Below the pieces are notes generated by a model, which was not told the DNA's origin, ran no database searches, and worked only from the letters and a program-made list of their open reading frames with translations. From positions 24,304,001 to 24,368,000 of the forward strand of contig NC_135810.1 in NCBI RefSeq assembly GCF_964213995.1: DNA of 64,000 bases, read 5' to 3'. The position numbers and the translations under genes were made by a program. Shown one piece after another: positions 49,669 through 63,862 of the stretch. The DNA comes from Mustelus asterias. Lineage: Eukaryota. Positions within the stretch are counted from its first letter, which is position 1, and every line of letters begins with the position of its first letter.

Positions 49669-50963
49669 CTTTTCTCTCCTTACAGATGCTGCAGACCTGC
49701 TGAGATTTTCCAGCGTTTTCCCTTTTGGTTTCAGCTTCCAGCATCTGCAGTAATTTGCTTTTATCCAGTGTTTAACTCGCTGCCACTTCTCTTCCAGGAA
49801 TACTTACCCTGAAGAAGTACTGCTCTTCTCTCTGATAGGATTTCCGTGTGTCTCTCCCACCCCCCCATCCCCCCCCCCACCCCCGCCGCCCCCCGACATC
49901 ACTGCTTTCCATTTTTCTCTTAGCGCTGGACAAGGTATTTACCAAGACTCGCTTCCGCAGCCACATTTCCTTCCTCAGTGACTGTCTTCGTCGCCGACTT
50001 ACCCCTCGTGGATTTCAACTCAAATTCCTCCCCACATGACACCTCCAGGAATACAGGTCCCTCTTGGATTTACAACATTCTTTGAACTGCTGTTCTCACC
50101 ACATCCTGAAAGCCACACTCAGTTCCACGCGCCGCCACATGAAGGCACTCGACATCTCTCGCCAGCAGCACTGTATTACTCTCTCTCAAAGTTGTCCCTG
50201 TCCCCAGTTTCATTTCATCCTAAGCATCATTCGACGTCTCAACAAAAAACTTTTCCTGTTTCTTGCAGATGCAAAGGAACGCAAGCTTCAACAACTTATC
50301 AACACCATTTCCCATGCCAGGCCCTCCACCAGTCCCAATCCCTCGAACTACGTCTCTTCTAGCTCCAGCCCTTGCCGTGTCTTCAGCATACCCTCTGACC
50401 TTCCCCTCTCTAAGGCTGAGCGTGCTGTTCTCAGCAAAGGACACAGCTTTGTACCTTTACCTCCCCATCTCAATGAATTCTGAGCTCCACATGATGTTGA
50501 ACTCTTATTCCGCCGCCTTCATATCCGTGTCCACTTCTTTGGGCAAGAGTCCTCCCCCAGTTCCACAGATCCTTTCACATGCCTCCAACATTCTGCCTGC
50601 AATTGGACACCCCCACTGGGACAATTACCTGCCCTCGATCTTTTCATTGGGAACTGTCGTCAGGACATTGGCCATCTCAATTTTTCTGCCCCCCCCCTCA
50701 CCCATTCCAACCTCTCTCCTTCTGAACTTTCCGCCCTTCGCTCCGTCAGGTCCAACCCTGACATTGTCATCAAACCGGCCAACAAATGGGGTGTTGTTGT
50801 TGTCTGGCATGCTGACCTCTACCTCGCAGAGGCTGAGCGCCAACTCTCAGATACTTCCTCCTACCTCCCCCGGACCATGACAACACTAAACATCAAGCCA
50901 TTATCTCCAACACCGTCACCAACCTCATTTTCTCCAGATGCCTTTCCCCAACAGTTCCCAATC

Positions 50964-52911
50964 TCATAGTCATAGAGGTTTACAGCATGGAAACAAGCCC
51001 AACTTGTCCATGCCGCCCTTTTTTTAAAAACCCCTAAGCTAATCCCAATTGCCCGCATTTGGCCCATATCCCTCTCTACCCATTTTATCCATGTAACTAT
51101 CTAAATGCTTTTTAAAAGACAAAATTGTGCCCACCTCTACGACCACCTCTGGCAGCTTGTTCCAGACATTCACTACCCTCTGTGTGAAAAACTTGCCCCT
51201 CTGGACACTTTTGTATCTCTCCCCTCTCACTTTAAACCTATACCCTCTAGTTTTAGACTCCCCTACCTTTGGGAAAAGATATTGACTATCTAGTTGAACT
51301 GTGCCCCTCATTATTTTATAAACCTCTATAAGTTCACCCCTCAGTCTTCTACGCTCCAGAGAAAAAAGTCTCAGTCTATCCAGCCTCTCCCTATAACTCA
51401 AACCATCAAGTCCGGATAGCATCCTAATAAATCTTTTCTGCACTCTTTCTAGTTTAATAATATCCTTTCTATAATAGGGTGACCAGAACTGTACACAGTA
51501 TTCCAAGTGTGGCCTTACCAATGTCTTTAGGCCACATTTGGAGTACTGCGTCCAGTTCTGGTCGCCACACTACCAGAAGGACGTGGAGGCGTTAGAGAGA
51601 GTGCAGAGAAGGTTTACCAGGATGTTGCCTGGTATGGAGGGTCTTAGCTATGAGGAGAGATTGGGTAAACTGGGGTTGTTCTCCCTGGAAAGACGGAGAA
51701 TGAGGGGAGATCTAATAGAGGTGTACAAGATTATGAAGGGGATAGGTAGGGTAAACGGTGGGAAGCTTTTTCCCAGATCAGAAGTGACGATCACGAGGGG
51801 TCACGGGCTCAAGGTGAGAGGGGCGAAGTATAACTCAGATATTAGAGGGATGTTTTTTACACAGAGGGTGGTGGGGGCCAGGAATGCGCTGCCAAGTAGG
51901 GTGGTGGAGGCAGACACGCTGACATCGTTTAAGACTTACCTGGATAGTCACATGAGCAGCCTGGGAATGGAGGGATACAAATGATTGGTCTAGTTGGACA
52001 AAGGAGCCGCACAGGCTTGGAGGGCTGAAGGGCCTGTTTCCTGTGCTGTACTGTTCTTTGTTCTTTGTTCTTTTGTTTGTACAACTTCAACAAATCCCAA
52101 CTCCTGTATTCAATGTTCTGACCGATGAAAGCAAGCATGCTGAATGCCTTCTTCACCACTCTGTTCACCTGTGACTCAACTTTTAAGGAGCTATGAACAT
52201 GTACCCCTAGATCTCTTTGTGCTGTAACTCTCCCCAATGCCCTACCATTAACTGAGTAAGTCCTGCCCTGGTTCAATCTACCAAAATGCATCACCTCGCA
52301 TTTATCTAAATTAAATTCCATCTGCCATTCATCAGACCACTGGCCCAATTGATCAAGATCCAGTTGCAATCGGAGAAAACTTTCTTCACTGTCCACTATG
52401 CCACCAATCTTGGTATCATCTGCAAACTTACTAACCATGCCTCCTATATTCTCATCCAAATCATTAATATAAATGACGATAACAGTGGACCTAGCACTGA
52501 TCCCTGAGGCACACCGCTGGTCACAGGCCTCCAGTTTGAAAAACAACTTCTGTCAAGAAGCCAATTTTGTATCCAATTAGATACCTCACCCTGGATCCCG
52601 TGAGATTTAACCTTATGCAACAATCTACCATGTGGTACCTTGTCAAAGGACTTGCTAAAGTCCATGTAGCCAACATCAACTGCACCGCCCTCATCAACCT
52701 TCTTGGTTACCCCTTCAAAAAACTCAATCAAATTGGTGAGACATGATTTTCCACTCACAAAACCATGCTGACTGTCCCTAATCAGTCCTTGCTTCTCTAA
52801 ATGCCTGTAGATCCTGTCTCTCAAAATACCTTCCAACTACTTACCCACCAAAGATGTGAGGCTCACTGGCCTGTAGTTCCCAGGCTTTTCCCTGCAGCCC
52901 TTTTTAAACAA
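50964..52911 (-). mobile_element. CR1 LINE inserted in the Penelope element, itself split at 51527-52076
   Basis: ORFs 52444-52836, 51929-52546 and 51039-51521 carry RT motifs (QHGF, FADDTK); (ctatga)n tail. Confidence 0.93.
51527..52076 (+). mobile_element. Young CR1 3' end, near-identical to 47491-48029
   Basis: ORF 51538-51984; about 14 substitutions in ~540 bp by eye. Confidence 0.95.
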
Positions 52912-55332
52912 AGTCTCCCAACCCCAGACAGTCCGCTTCTACCTCCTTCCCAAAATCCACAAAAAGGACTGTCCTGGTGGGCCCATTGTGTCAGCATGCT
53001 CCTGCCCCACTGAACTTATTTCCTCTTGCCTTGACTCCATCCTCACTTCCCTGGCCCATTCCCTCCCCACCTACATCCGGGATTGCTCTGATGCACTGTA
53101 TCATATTGACAGCTTTGAGTTCGCAGACCCTAACCGCCTCCTATTCACCATAGATATGCAATCTCTCTACATCTCCATCCCACACCAGGACAGCCTGGGA
53201 GCTCTTCACTTCTTTCTTGAAAAGAGGTCTGAATAATTCCCATCCATCATCACTCTCCTACGCCTGGCTCAACTCATTCTATCTCTCAACAACTTCTCCT
53301 TTAACCCATCCCATTTTCTCCAAATCAAAGGAGTAGCAATGGGTACCCACATGGGTCCTAGCTATGCTTGTCTTTTTGTGGGGTATGTGGAACATTCCTT
53401 GTTCCAAGCCTACCTGGATCCCCTCCTACAACTCCTTTGCCAGTACATCGATTACTATTTTGATGCCACTTCATGCTCTCTTCCAGACCTCGAAAAATTC
53501 ATCAACTTTGCTTCCAGTTTCCACCCCTCCATCGCTATCACCTGGTCCATCTCAGACACTTCCCCTCCCTTCCTTGACCTTTCTGTCTCCATTTCCGGTA
53601 ATAGACTATCTACCAATATCCATTACAAGCCCACTGACTCCCACAGCTATCTGGACTACAGCTCTTCACACCCCACATCATGTAAGGACTCCATCTCTTT
53701 CTCTCAGCTCCTTCGCCTCCATCGCATTTGTTCCGATGATGTCACTTTCCAAAGTGGTGCTGCTAATATCCTCCTTTATCCTCAACTGTGGATTCCCATC
53801 TACAGTTGCCGACAGGGCCCTCAACAGCGTGCAGTCCATCTCCCTCACCCCCTCCCTTCCCTCCCAGAACAAGGATAGAGTCTCCCTTGTTCTCACATTT
53901 CACCCCACCAACCTCCGCATGCAAAGTATAACCCTCTGCCATTTTCGCCAACTCCAGTGTGATGCCAACACCAAACACATCTTGTCTTCACTCCCTCTGT
54001 CAGCATTCTGCAGAGACCATTCCCTCCGGGATAACCTAGTCCACTCCTCCACTATATCCAACACCTCTCCCGTCACTCATGGCACCTTCCCATGCAATCA
54101 CAGAAGGTGTAACACCTGTCCCTTTACCTCTTCTATGCTCACCATCCAAGGCCCAAAACATTAATTCCAGGTTAAGCAGCATCTCATTTGCACCTCTTTC
54201 AATTTGGTCTATTGTATTCGCTGCTCCCAATGTGGTCTCCTCTATATCGGAGAGACCAAGCGTAGACTGGGTGATCACTTTGCTGAGCACCTTCGGTCTG
54301 TGCACAATCAGGACCCTGACCTTCCGGTTGCTTGCCATTTTAACAGACGATCCTGCTCCCATGCCCACACACCTGTCCTTGGCTTGCTGCAATGTTCCAG
54401 TGAAGCTCAATGCAAACAGGAGGAACAGCATCTCATCTTACAACCTTCTGGTCTCAACATTGAATTCAACAACTTCAGATGATTTGCTCTGCCCTACCTC
54501 AACCCCCTTTATTTTCATTCTATTTTATTTTTTAAAATTTTACTGTTTTCTACCTTTTATTTCTTTATTGTCTTTCTTCATTTTTCTTCCCCCCCCCCCT
54601 ACTCTTTCCCCCCACTTTATCCCCCTTCCTTTACCATTTCTCCCCCCGCTTTCCCTTTTCTACATTCTATCTCTGTCCCATCTACCCCCCCACCTCCCCC
54701 CCGGGAATCGTGGCATGCGTGCCGGTAAAATTCCAGCATATGATTCTCTGATTTCAATTAAGAAAGCTGTATTAAAAGTATAAAACAGCAGAACCAGTAC
54801 TTGTTTCAGAAAAATAGCAAGCAAGACAATTGAGTAAATAAGATGGAGCATAACGTATAGATGTTGACAAGTACACCAGGGGTAACATCAGGGTAACTGC
54901 ATGCATAATTTTCTCGAGCATCTTGTGGTGAGAGAGGTAAGTTGGATGTTTTTACCTCACTCTTCAGCTATGGTTATTTTTTACACTGCAAATTACTAAA
55001 AGTACAAATTGATCATGCAAGATCAACAGAGCATCCAGAAACTTGGTGAATGGCAGGACCAGTACTTTATCTCATTGACGAAAGTGATTTCAGGATACAG
55101 AAAGAAACAGAGCAAATGATGAAGATGAAATAGTGTGAATTAGAGTCAAATTAAATGCAGATTGTCTTATGACTATTCGAGGAGGGATAAAAACTGATTC
55201 CTCTAATTTACCACACCAGCTCTGGGGGCTTGATGTGAATTCAGCGAAGATGTGCTTAGCCAATGCTGAGGGAGTCCCATTATAGAACTAAAGGAAAGTT
55301 GCAGTGCAGAAAGAGAAGATCGTTCAGCTAAT

Positions 55333-55702
55333 TGTGTCTGAGCCAGCTAACAGGGGCGGCACGGTAGCACAGTGGTTAGCACTGCTGCTTCACAGCTCCA
55401 GGGACCTGGGTTCGATTCCCGGCTTGGGTCACTGTGTGGAGTTTGCACATTCTCCTTGTGTCTGTGTGGGTTTCCTCCGGGTGCTCCGGTTTCCTCCCAC
55501 AGTCCAAAGATGTGCGGGTTAGGTTGATTGGCCATGCTAAAATTGCCCCTTAGTGTTATGAGATGCGTAGGTTAGAGCGATTAGTGGGTAAATATGTAGG
55601 GATATGGGGGTAGGGCCTGGGTGGGATTGTGGTCGGTGCAGACTCGATCAGCCGAATGGCCTCCTTCTGTACTGTAGGGTTTCTATTTCTATTTCTATTT
55701 CT
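55333..55702 (+). mobile_element. V-SINE (HE1-like), full length
   Basis: Head, V-domain and (ttctat)n tail. Confidence 0.92.
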
Positions 55703-55729
55703 AAAGAGAAAAAAGTAACAAATCACTCA

Positions 55730-56272
55730 TTTGGCGGGATGGTCTGCCGGGGGCGGGGGGGGGAGGGGGGTCTGCCTCCCCGGGGGATCTGCTTACCATG
55801 GGGGGGGGGGCCTGCCAGGGTGGGAGGGTGGTCTGCCTGGGTGTGGGGGGGGGGGGGGGGTGGGGGGGAATCGTCATTGCTGGGGGGGTGGAGGGGAGCT
55901 GGAAATCGGGGCGCTCTGGGAAGGGGGGGCGGTCAGGGCTGGCCCGGGAATGGCCATGGGGGCACAATCGGGCCTTAGGTGGGGGGGTTGGAGGGGCAGC
56001 ACTGAGGGAGTCCGAGGCTGGCCAGTGATTGGGCTGGCCAGCAGATGAGAGACTGAAGTTCGGGGCCACTGCGCATGTACAGAGCCCGGAACTGTCAGAC
56101 TCTGGCGTGAATAGTCCTGTCCCCCGAGCTTTTAATGATATTCACGATTGTGACCTCTGCATTGCAGAGTGGGGAGATTCGAATCTGACCTCCCACTGAA
56201 AAAACAATCGTGGATTAGACCATTTTTCCCACGAATTCAGCACTTAGAACTTTTTTGGGAGAATCAGGCCCC
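55730..56272. mobile_element. Right half of a Harbinger-like element (6821 family)
   Basis: Ends cagcacttagaactttttttgggagaatcaggccc; homologous to 7130-7505. Confidence 0.6.
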
Positions 56273-56276
56273 TTAT

Positions 56277-56410
56277 GTTTCGAGTCTGGATGCAGACTCG
56301 AAGCATTAACTCGATTCTCTCTCCACAGATGCTGCCAGACTTGCTGAGATTTTCCAGCATTTTCTGTTTGTGCTTCAGATTCCAGCATCCACTGTCATTT
56401 GTTTTTATTT
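56277..56410 (+). mobile_element. Penelope pLTR fragment with a 5' fold-back
   Basis: ttcgagtctg-gatg-cagactcgaa hairpin followed by ccacagatgctgccagacttgctgagattttccagc, matching 49680-49765. Confidence 0.7.
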
Positions 56411-57719
56411 TAAATCTATGTCTCCTGGTGATTGACCCCTCAGATTGGGGAAATAGATCTTTCCTCTCTAGGCCCCTCATAATCCTGTACACCACTATGT
56501 ATACTTTCAGATTATAAATAATTAATTAGTCAGTTTATCTGAGTTTAAATCAAAGTTTCTTGATGCTATTTCCTAAGTTAAAAAAAAACGATGTAAATCA
56601 TCATCTTCAGCCATATATCACACTCATTTCCTGTGTTCCACAAACACACGCACTCATACAGATGGTAGAATTTGAGGATAAACTAAAGATTTTGTACAGC
56701 TTGTCAAAAAATAAACAATCAAATAAATATATGATTCACTGTCCTTTGGCTATTCTTGATGCAATGATCCCACATTACAATCATGTAGTTCAGTTGTATT
56801 CCTGGGTGTAGTTACATAGAACAGATTTTCATGTTTTATCCCAAATAAAATCTTGGTTTGCAGTCTGACTTGGTATATAGTTCTTACCACTGACTTGGTA
56901 TAACGCTCTTAAAATGCCACATGGGCTACAATACAGAGGAATTTGATTACTATGTGTCTGCTGTACTCATGTGTTTGGACAAAAGGTAATTCATTTTTGC
57001 TGTCATAGCTCTGAAACATTTGATGCATAACAGTGTAAGAGGCAACCATATAAAGGGGTCTTTCGCACTCACCATAGTGGTGGGTGTTGGGGATTAAAGA
57101 GCCGATTACTTTTCATCCCACTTGGAGTGGAATGCAAGTTACATATTTGACTGACCCGTAGTCTTTCCATTGTCTTTATGGGATTACAGTTTATTGAGAT
57201 GCAGCCAGGAAAAAATAGACATGAGAAATTGCATAAGATGAAAACCATCCTCACCACATTAGAATAAAATAAACTGAACTTATGCTGATGTTGAAAATTT
57301 TGAATGTGACCTTTTTTGCAGTTGAATTAAAGTTAAAACCAAAGTGATGCCAGTCTCGTACCAAGCAATGCATTGCTCTTTCAGTAATTGTTGTCACTTA
57401 CATTTGTAAAACAACTGATGTATGCTTTCCCCTTAACACAAGTTATTGAATATCAAGTTATTAAATATTAATACACTTTCAGTCTGTCAGAAAGATCAAA
57501 GCATAGAGAGTGCGTCGATTTTGCATAACTGACTGAAGATTAGTACATTTAAAGAAAGAAACTTGTATTTTTATAACACCTTTCAAGCAATAGTGGTATA
57601 TTTATGACACTTGTAATTATTCTGTATTTATTTAGAGTTACGCCTAATTAGAGTGAACTCCTAACCCCAAAACATAATTTTAGTGTCTGTCTAGTTATAG
57701 GAGGTTTAAGTCAAATTCC

Positions 57720-58130
57720 CAGTTGGAGGAGGCTATTTGACCCATCAAGTCTGCACCATCTCTCCAAATGAGCATTTTGACTTAATGCCATTCTTCTGCC
57801 TTTGCCCCATATCCGTGCACATTGGATCTATTCAAATAATCATCTAATGCTCTTTTGAATGCCCCGAATAAACCTTTCTCCATGACACTTCTGGACAGAG
57901 CATTCCAGACCCAGACTACTTGTGTGTTTTTTATCACATCACATTTGCTTCTTTTGCAAACCACTTTGAATCTGTGTCCTCTCATTCTTGATCATTTTAC
58001 GAGCGGGAACAATTTCTCCCTATCTACTTTGTCCAGCCCCCTCATGATTTTTAACATCTCTATCAAATCTCTTCTTAGCCTTCTTCTCTCTAAGACGAAC
58101 AGTCCCAACCTCTTCAATATTACCTCATAA
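57720..58130 (-). mobile_element. CR1 3' fragment
   Basis: LGLFVLERRRLRRDLIEMLKIMRG; RGHRFKV. Confidence 0.85.
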
Positions 58131-59482
58131 CTGAAGTTAATTACGTGATTTATAACCCTAATATGACACTTAACCTTAGAGACACAGAGAGGGAAAATGA
58201 AGCTGTGAAGTTTTACAGAAGCAGATGGTGTATTTTTCAATTTGGCTTTTTTTTGTCTACCTCAGCAGTACTTTTGCATCAGTACTTTCAAATACACTGC
58301 TGATAGTGCCATAAGGGCATCATATTCAGGATGAAAAGCTGCTTTGACAGTCAGGTAAATTAAATAGATTTTCTTTTTGAAAATAACTTAGGCATATGAG
58401 CTCTTTGATTATAACATGAGGTGAGAGGAGCAAATTTGGGAAGATAAAGACTTTCCATTACTGAAATGTCCTTTCTTTGATTTCTGGAACTGTTGTGGAC
58501 TAATTTATAGAATTTGATTCCTGTGATTAGTCAATAATTCAATTTTCATTGTAATATGGGACTATCTGGATGATCAAAGGTGAACTAATGCAATTTTTCA
58601 TCTATCATTTTCTTTGTTCCTATGAAACAATTCAGTAGCGTTCCTACCAGGTGCTCCATTGTTCCAGGTCATCATATTTGGGGTTACTGGCACAATTTTT
58701 CATGTGTCAAGAATATTTACATTTTTCGTATAACTCTCCCATCATTCACTCATTAACTTCTCAGAGACCAATACAATCATTCCCATACACAACCAGATTA
58801 CAATGACAGTCCCACTCCTCTAACTCTCATGAATTGTGAGGTAAAAAATCCAATTAACAAGTTTTGTCATGAAATATGGCCAAATATCCATTAATGTAGA
58901 ACAATATTTTCTTCATTGTATAGTTTAAGTTTCCACTCTCCAGATACATTCTGCTTGTTTAAACAAATATATATTTAAAGAAAATACCAACAAGATAAAA
59001 TTATTTTATTATACTGAGCAGGCAGCCTTTTTCAACTCAGTGCTTGATTAATCAAAAGCCCAAACAGTTGTTGATAAAGGAGGCAAGTTTTTAATAAATA
59101 TTATCACCTTTGAGGGTTGTCTGCTGCCTCACTGTAAATTTAAGCAGGAGATCTGCAGAAATCCTGGAGTCAATATAATTCGCAGTTCCTGCAGGATTTC
59201 AGCCAAAGATAGAATCGGAGATTGGGAGAAGTGTGTGGAAATGCAATCCTTATGAAATTAGGATAAAACGACTGAGCTATTATGAGAATGATTAAAATTG
59301 ACTTTTTAATACACTGCAAACATTAGCAGATTTGGTAGCTATCATTAACAAGCCGAGAGCTCAGAGTCTAAAAAAGCTGAAGGGAAGAAAAATCATTGCA
59401 CATTGAAACGACATAGTTTCGGAGCTGTGACGCACAATCCTGGTTTACCGTCAACAAAACAAAATCACCAATAGGATCATAA

Positions 59483-59686
59483 GGCGGTATTTTTCACTCA
59501 TTACTGCCAGTGGGATCTTCCAGTCCCATTGAATGCAATGCCCAATGGCAGATTGCCCAGTGGCGCAATGGGTGAGACACAAAAAATGGTGTAGACATCG
59601 GCAGGACCAGAAGATCCCTCCGACGGGCAATGGTGAGCCGAAAAAAATGCCGCGAATCGTGAGGGGGGGTGGTGAAAAATCCCACC
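59483..59686. mobile_element. Palindromic MITE
   Basis: ggcggtatttttcac / gtgaaaaatcccacc; related to 8159-8364. Confidence 0.55.
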
Positions 59687-59842
59687 CATAGAATCCCACA
59701 GCACTGAAGGAGGCCATTTGTCCGATCATGACTATGTCAGCTCTTGAAAGAGCAACCAATTAGTCCCGCTCCCTCAGTTATTCCTCAAGCTATTTTTCAA
59801 GTACATACCTAATTCAATTTTGAAAGTTGCTACAGAATTTGA

Positions 59843-60186
59843 AATCATAGAAACCCAACAGTACAGAAAGAGGCCATTCGGCCCATCGAGTCTGCACCGA
59901 CCACAATCCCACCCAGGCCCTACCCCCATATCCCTATACATTTGCCCACTAATCCCTCTAACCTACACATCTCAGGACACTAAGGGCAATTTTTTTAGCA
60001 TAGCCAATCAACCTAGCCCGCACATCTTTGGACTGTGGGAGGAAACCGGAGCACCCGGAGGAAACCCACGCAGGCACAAGGAGAATGTGCAAACTCCACA
60101 CAGACAGTGACCCAAGCCGGGAATCGAACCCAGGTCCCTGGAGCTGTGAAGCAGCAGTGCTAACCACTGTGCTACCATGCCGCCCT
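59843..60186 (-). mobile_element. V-SINE (HE1-like), full length
   Basis: Head, V-domain and CR1-type tail. Confidence 0.92.
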
Positions 60187-60384
60187 ATTTGCTTCTACCA
60201 CTCTTTCAGGTGATGCATTCCAGATCATAGCTCCTCTCTCATGGTTCTTTTGTCCTAAATCTTTATCTTCTGCTTACCAATCTTCTTGCCAGTAGAACCA
60301 ATACCTCCCAGTCAAAACCATTCATGGAGTGGAGATTCTGACAGGGTTTGACAGGATAGGTGCTAAGTGGATTGTTTTTTAAAA

Positions 60385-60687
60385 TTATTTATTTATTTGT
60401 CACAATTAGGCTTACATTAACACTGCAATGAAGTTACTATAAAAATTCCCGAGTTGCCACACTCGGCATCTATTTGAGTACAAAGTGGGAGAATTTAGCA
60501 TGGCCAATCCACCTAACCAGCACATCTTTGGACTGTGGGAGGAAACCGGAACACCCGGAGGAAACCCATGCAGACACAGGGAGAACATGCAAATGCTACA
60601 CAGACAGTGACCCGTGCCAGGAATCAAACCCAGGTCCCTGGTGCTGTGAGGCAGCAGTGCTACCCACTATGCCACCGTGCTGCCCCT
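60385..60687 (-). mobile_element. V-SINE, tail B
   Basis: Tail gtaacttcattgcagtgttaatgtaagcctaattgtgacaaataaata on the minus strand. Confidence 0.85.
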
Positions 60688-60879
60688 TTTGACTCACTGG
60701 AAAATCTCCAACAAGAGGGGGAACAGTTTTAAGATAAGGGATCCCCCAGTTTAGATGGATATGAGGAGCTTTTCTTCTCTCAAAGTGTTGTTAATCTTTG
60801 GAATTCTCTTCACCAGATGGCAGTGGACGCTCAGTAAGTGAAGATATTCAATGCTGAGTTAGGCAGATTTTTGATTCAG

Positions 60880-63040
60880 AGCATAGAAAAATAGCAGCAG
60901 GAGTAGACCATTTGACCCAATCTCAATGATTGAACATCCACAGCCCTATGGAGCAGGAAATTCCAAAGATTCACACCACCCACTGAGTGAATAAATTCTT
61001 CTTGATCTCAGTCTTAAACAGCCTGCCCCTTATTCTGAGATAAAGCCCATTGTTTCAGACACAACAGCTGGAGAAACCATCCTATCCACATCTCCCTTCC
61101 ATCCCTTGCAAGAATTTTGGAGGTTTCAATGAGATCCAAACTGTAAAAAATACAGGCCCAGTCTTCTCAATCTCTCATCATAAGTCAATCTTGCCATCCC
61201 AGAGATTAGCCTGGTGAAATCTTTATGAAAAGTATACCATTCCATAGATAAAAGTAGATTCCAGAGATAAGGAGGCCAAAGGAATACACAATGCTCCAGG
61301 CACGGTCTCACCAATGTTCTATATAATTGCAGCAAGACATCTTAACACCTATACTCAAACTCTATTGTATGATTGCCAGCATGTCATTTGCCTTCCTAAT
61401 TACTTGCTGCAACTGCATGTTAGCTTTTGGTGACTTATGAACAAGGACACCCAGATCCCTTTGGACATCAATATTTCCCAAACTCTCACAATTGAAAACA
61501 TATTTTGCCTTTCTGTTTTTTTCCAACCAAAGTGGATGACGTCATATTATATTCCAGCTGCCATGTTCTTGGCCACTTACTTAACCTGTTCAAATTCTCT
61601 TGAAGCCTCCTTGTATCCTCCTCACAACTTACATTCCCACCTATTTTTGTGCCTACAGCAAACTTGTAAACATTACATTTGGTCCCCACATCCAAATCAT
61701 TTGTATAGATTATGAAGAGATGTTGTCCCAACACTGAACCTTCCCCTACCCCATTAGTGACATCTTCCAACACTGAGAATGACCTGTTTATTTCCATTCT
61801 CTGTTTTAACCAATTCTCAAAACACAGCATTATATCATTCCCAATCCCATGTGATCTAATACTGTTTGGACCTTATTAAAAGTGTTCCGGAAATCGAATT
61901 ACAGCACATTCACGTGTTCTCTTTTATCTATGCTATTGCTAATGTCCTCAAAAAACTCCAACAGGTCTGTCAAATATAATTTTCCATTCATAAACCCATG
62001 TTAACTCTGTGCAATTGTTTCATTATTTTCTAGTTATCCCAGCGTTTATAATGGATTCAAATTATTTTTGACAGCTGACAGCAGACTAACAGGTCTGTAG
62101 GTCTATGTTTTCCTCCTCCTTCCCTTCTTAAATAATGGAGTCACATTTGTTACTTTCCAAATTGCAGGAACTTTTACAGAACCTACAGAATTTTGAAAGA
62201 TAGCAACAAATGCATCCATTTTTGCGATAGCCACCTCATTCAACACTCTGGGTGTAACTTATCAGGTCCAAGGGATTTATAATCTTTTAAGTTCAACCTC
62301 TTTATTAATACTAATTTCTTTCAGATCCTCACTTACCCAAATCCCTTGGTTCCCGTGTGTCTCTGGGAGGTTTTCTGCACCTTTCTGTGAGAATGGAGAC
62401 ACAAAGCAATTGTTTAGTTTCTTCGCTATTTCCTTGTTCTCCGTCTGTCTCTGCCTGTAGTTGCCTTGTTGGAATCATAGAATCTCTATAGTGCAAAAGG
62501 AGGCCATTTGGCCCATCTAGCCTGCACTGACTACAATCTCACCCAGGCCCTATCCACATAACCCCACTTGTTTTCCCTGCTAACCTCTGACACTAAGGGT
62601 CAATTTAGCATGGCCAATCAACCTAACCCACACATCTTTGGATTGTGGGAGGAAATCAGAGCACCTGGAGGAAACCCACGCAGGCACGGGGAGAACATGC
62701 AAGTTCCACACAGAGAGTGACCCAAGCCTGGAATTGAACCCAGGTCTCTGGCGCTTGAGGTAGCAGTGCTAACCATTGTGCAACCATGCCGCCACTTCTC
62801 TTTTTTCTTTTCACATACCTCGAGAGGCTTTTACATGTTTCTTGCTAACTATTGTTCATATTCTCATAGTTTTGTGTGCTCAGATTTAAGACCCCCGCTT
62901 CGGAATTAACTATATCACTTTCCAACTTTATGTACAATTTTGCATATTATGGTCTCTATTTCCTAAAAGCTCCTTTCGAGCAATGTTATTAATGATCACT
63001 CTCTCAATGCATAATGCTAAATCTAAAATAGCCTGATCCG
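60880..63040 (-). mobile_element. Old CR1 ORF2 fragment with a nested V-SINE
   Basis: LQLYRTLVRPCLEHC; VTNGVGEGSVLG..KFAVGTKIGG. Confidence 0.8.
62472..62795 (-). mobile_element. V-SINE (HE1-like)
   Basis: Head, V-domain and tail. Confidence 0.9.
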
Positions 63041-63534
63041 TAGTCCCATCGGGAGTCAGTGGGGGCAGGCATAAGAAACAAGACATTCAGGCCACATTCA
63101 GATCAGACATACTCATGTTGCATACAGGTCAGGCTCAATGGATTGCACGGCCTCCACCTGCTCCTATTTTGTATGATCATAATCTTGTGGAGGTGACGGG
63201 GGGGGGGGGGCGTCTCAGCCATCGGCTGGAGAGTCGGCGAGAGCGGGAAGGCCCACTGAATTCTGAGCCACTCAAGCATATATCGGGCTAGCCGTGAGCC
63301 TTCCCCAGGATCAAGGACCCTGGAGACTTGATCCCACCCACCAAAAACTGCTGACCAATCAAAGACGGTAGTTGTTTATGGTGAAGCATTTTGCCACTTT
63401 GCCACCAATCTCACTTTAGTTTTTCTCTGATATACAGAGCAGCCAATGTGTCAGGCAACCTTGAGCTGATACATTTTGGTCTGTCTTCAGCCCTTGATTT
63501 TGTTGCTTGGGACTTCCCCACAATTAAAAAAAAA

Positions 63535-63862
63535 GGGGCGGCACAGTGGCATAGTGGCTAGCCCTGCTGCCACACAGCATCAGGGACCCGGGTTCAGTTC
63601 CTGGCTTGGGTTACTGTCTATGTGGAGTTTGAATGTTCTCCCCGTGTCTGCGTGCATTTCTCCAGGTGCTCTGGTTTCCTCCCACAGTCCAAAGATGTGT
63701 GAGTTAGGTGGATTGGCCATGCTCAATTGCCTCTTAGTGTCAGGGGGATAGCTCGGGTAAATGCATGGGGTTATGCGGATAGAGCCTGGGTGGGATTTTG
63801 GTCGGTGCAGACTCGATGGGCCAAATGGCCTCCTTCTGCACTGTAGGGTTATGTGATTCTAT
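63535..63862 (+). mobile_element. V-SINE (HE1-like)
   Basis: Head, V-domain and tail. Confidence 0.9.

Larger units (their letters stand above)
49620..54530 (+). mobile_element. Penelope-like retroelement (probably Neptune clade), decayed, split by a CR1 cluster at 50964-52911
   Basis: pLTR with hammerhead; LSKAERAVLSKG.SFVP; DIVIKPANK; RT GVAMGTHMGPSYACLF, YID, FLD, YKPTDSHSYL; Cys linker CNHRRCNTC; GIY-YIG VYCIRCSQCGLLYIGETKRRLGDHFAEH. Confidence 0.92.
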
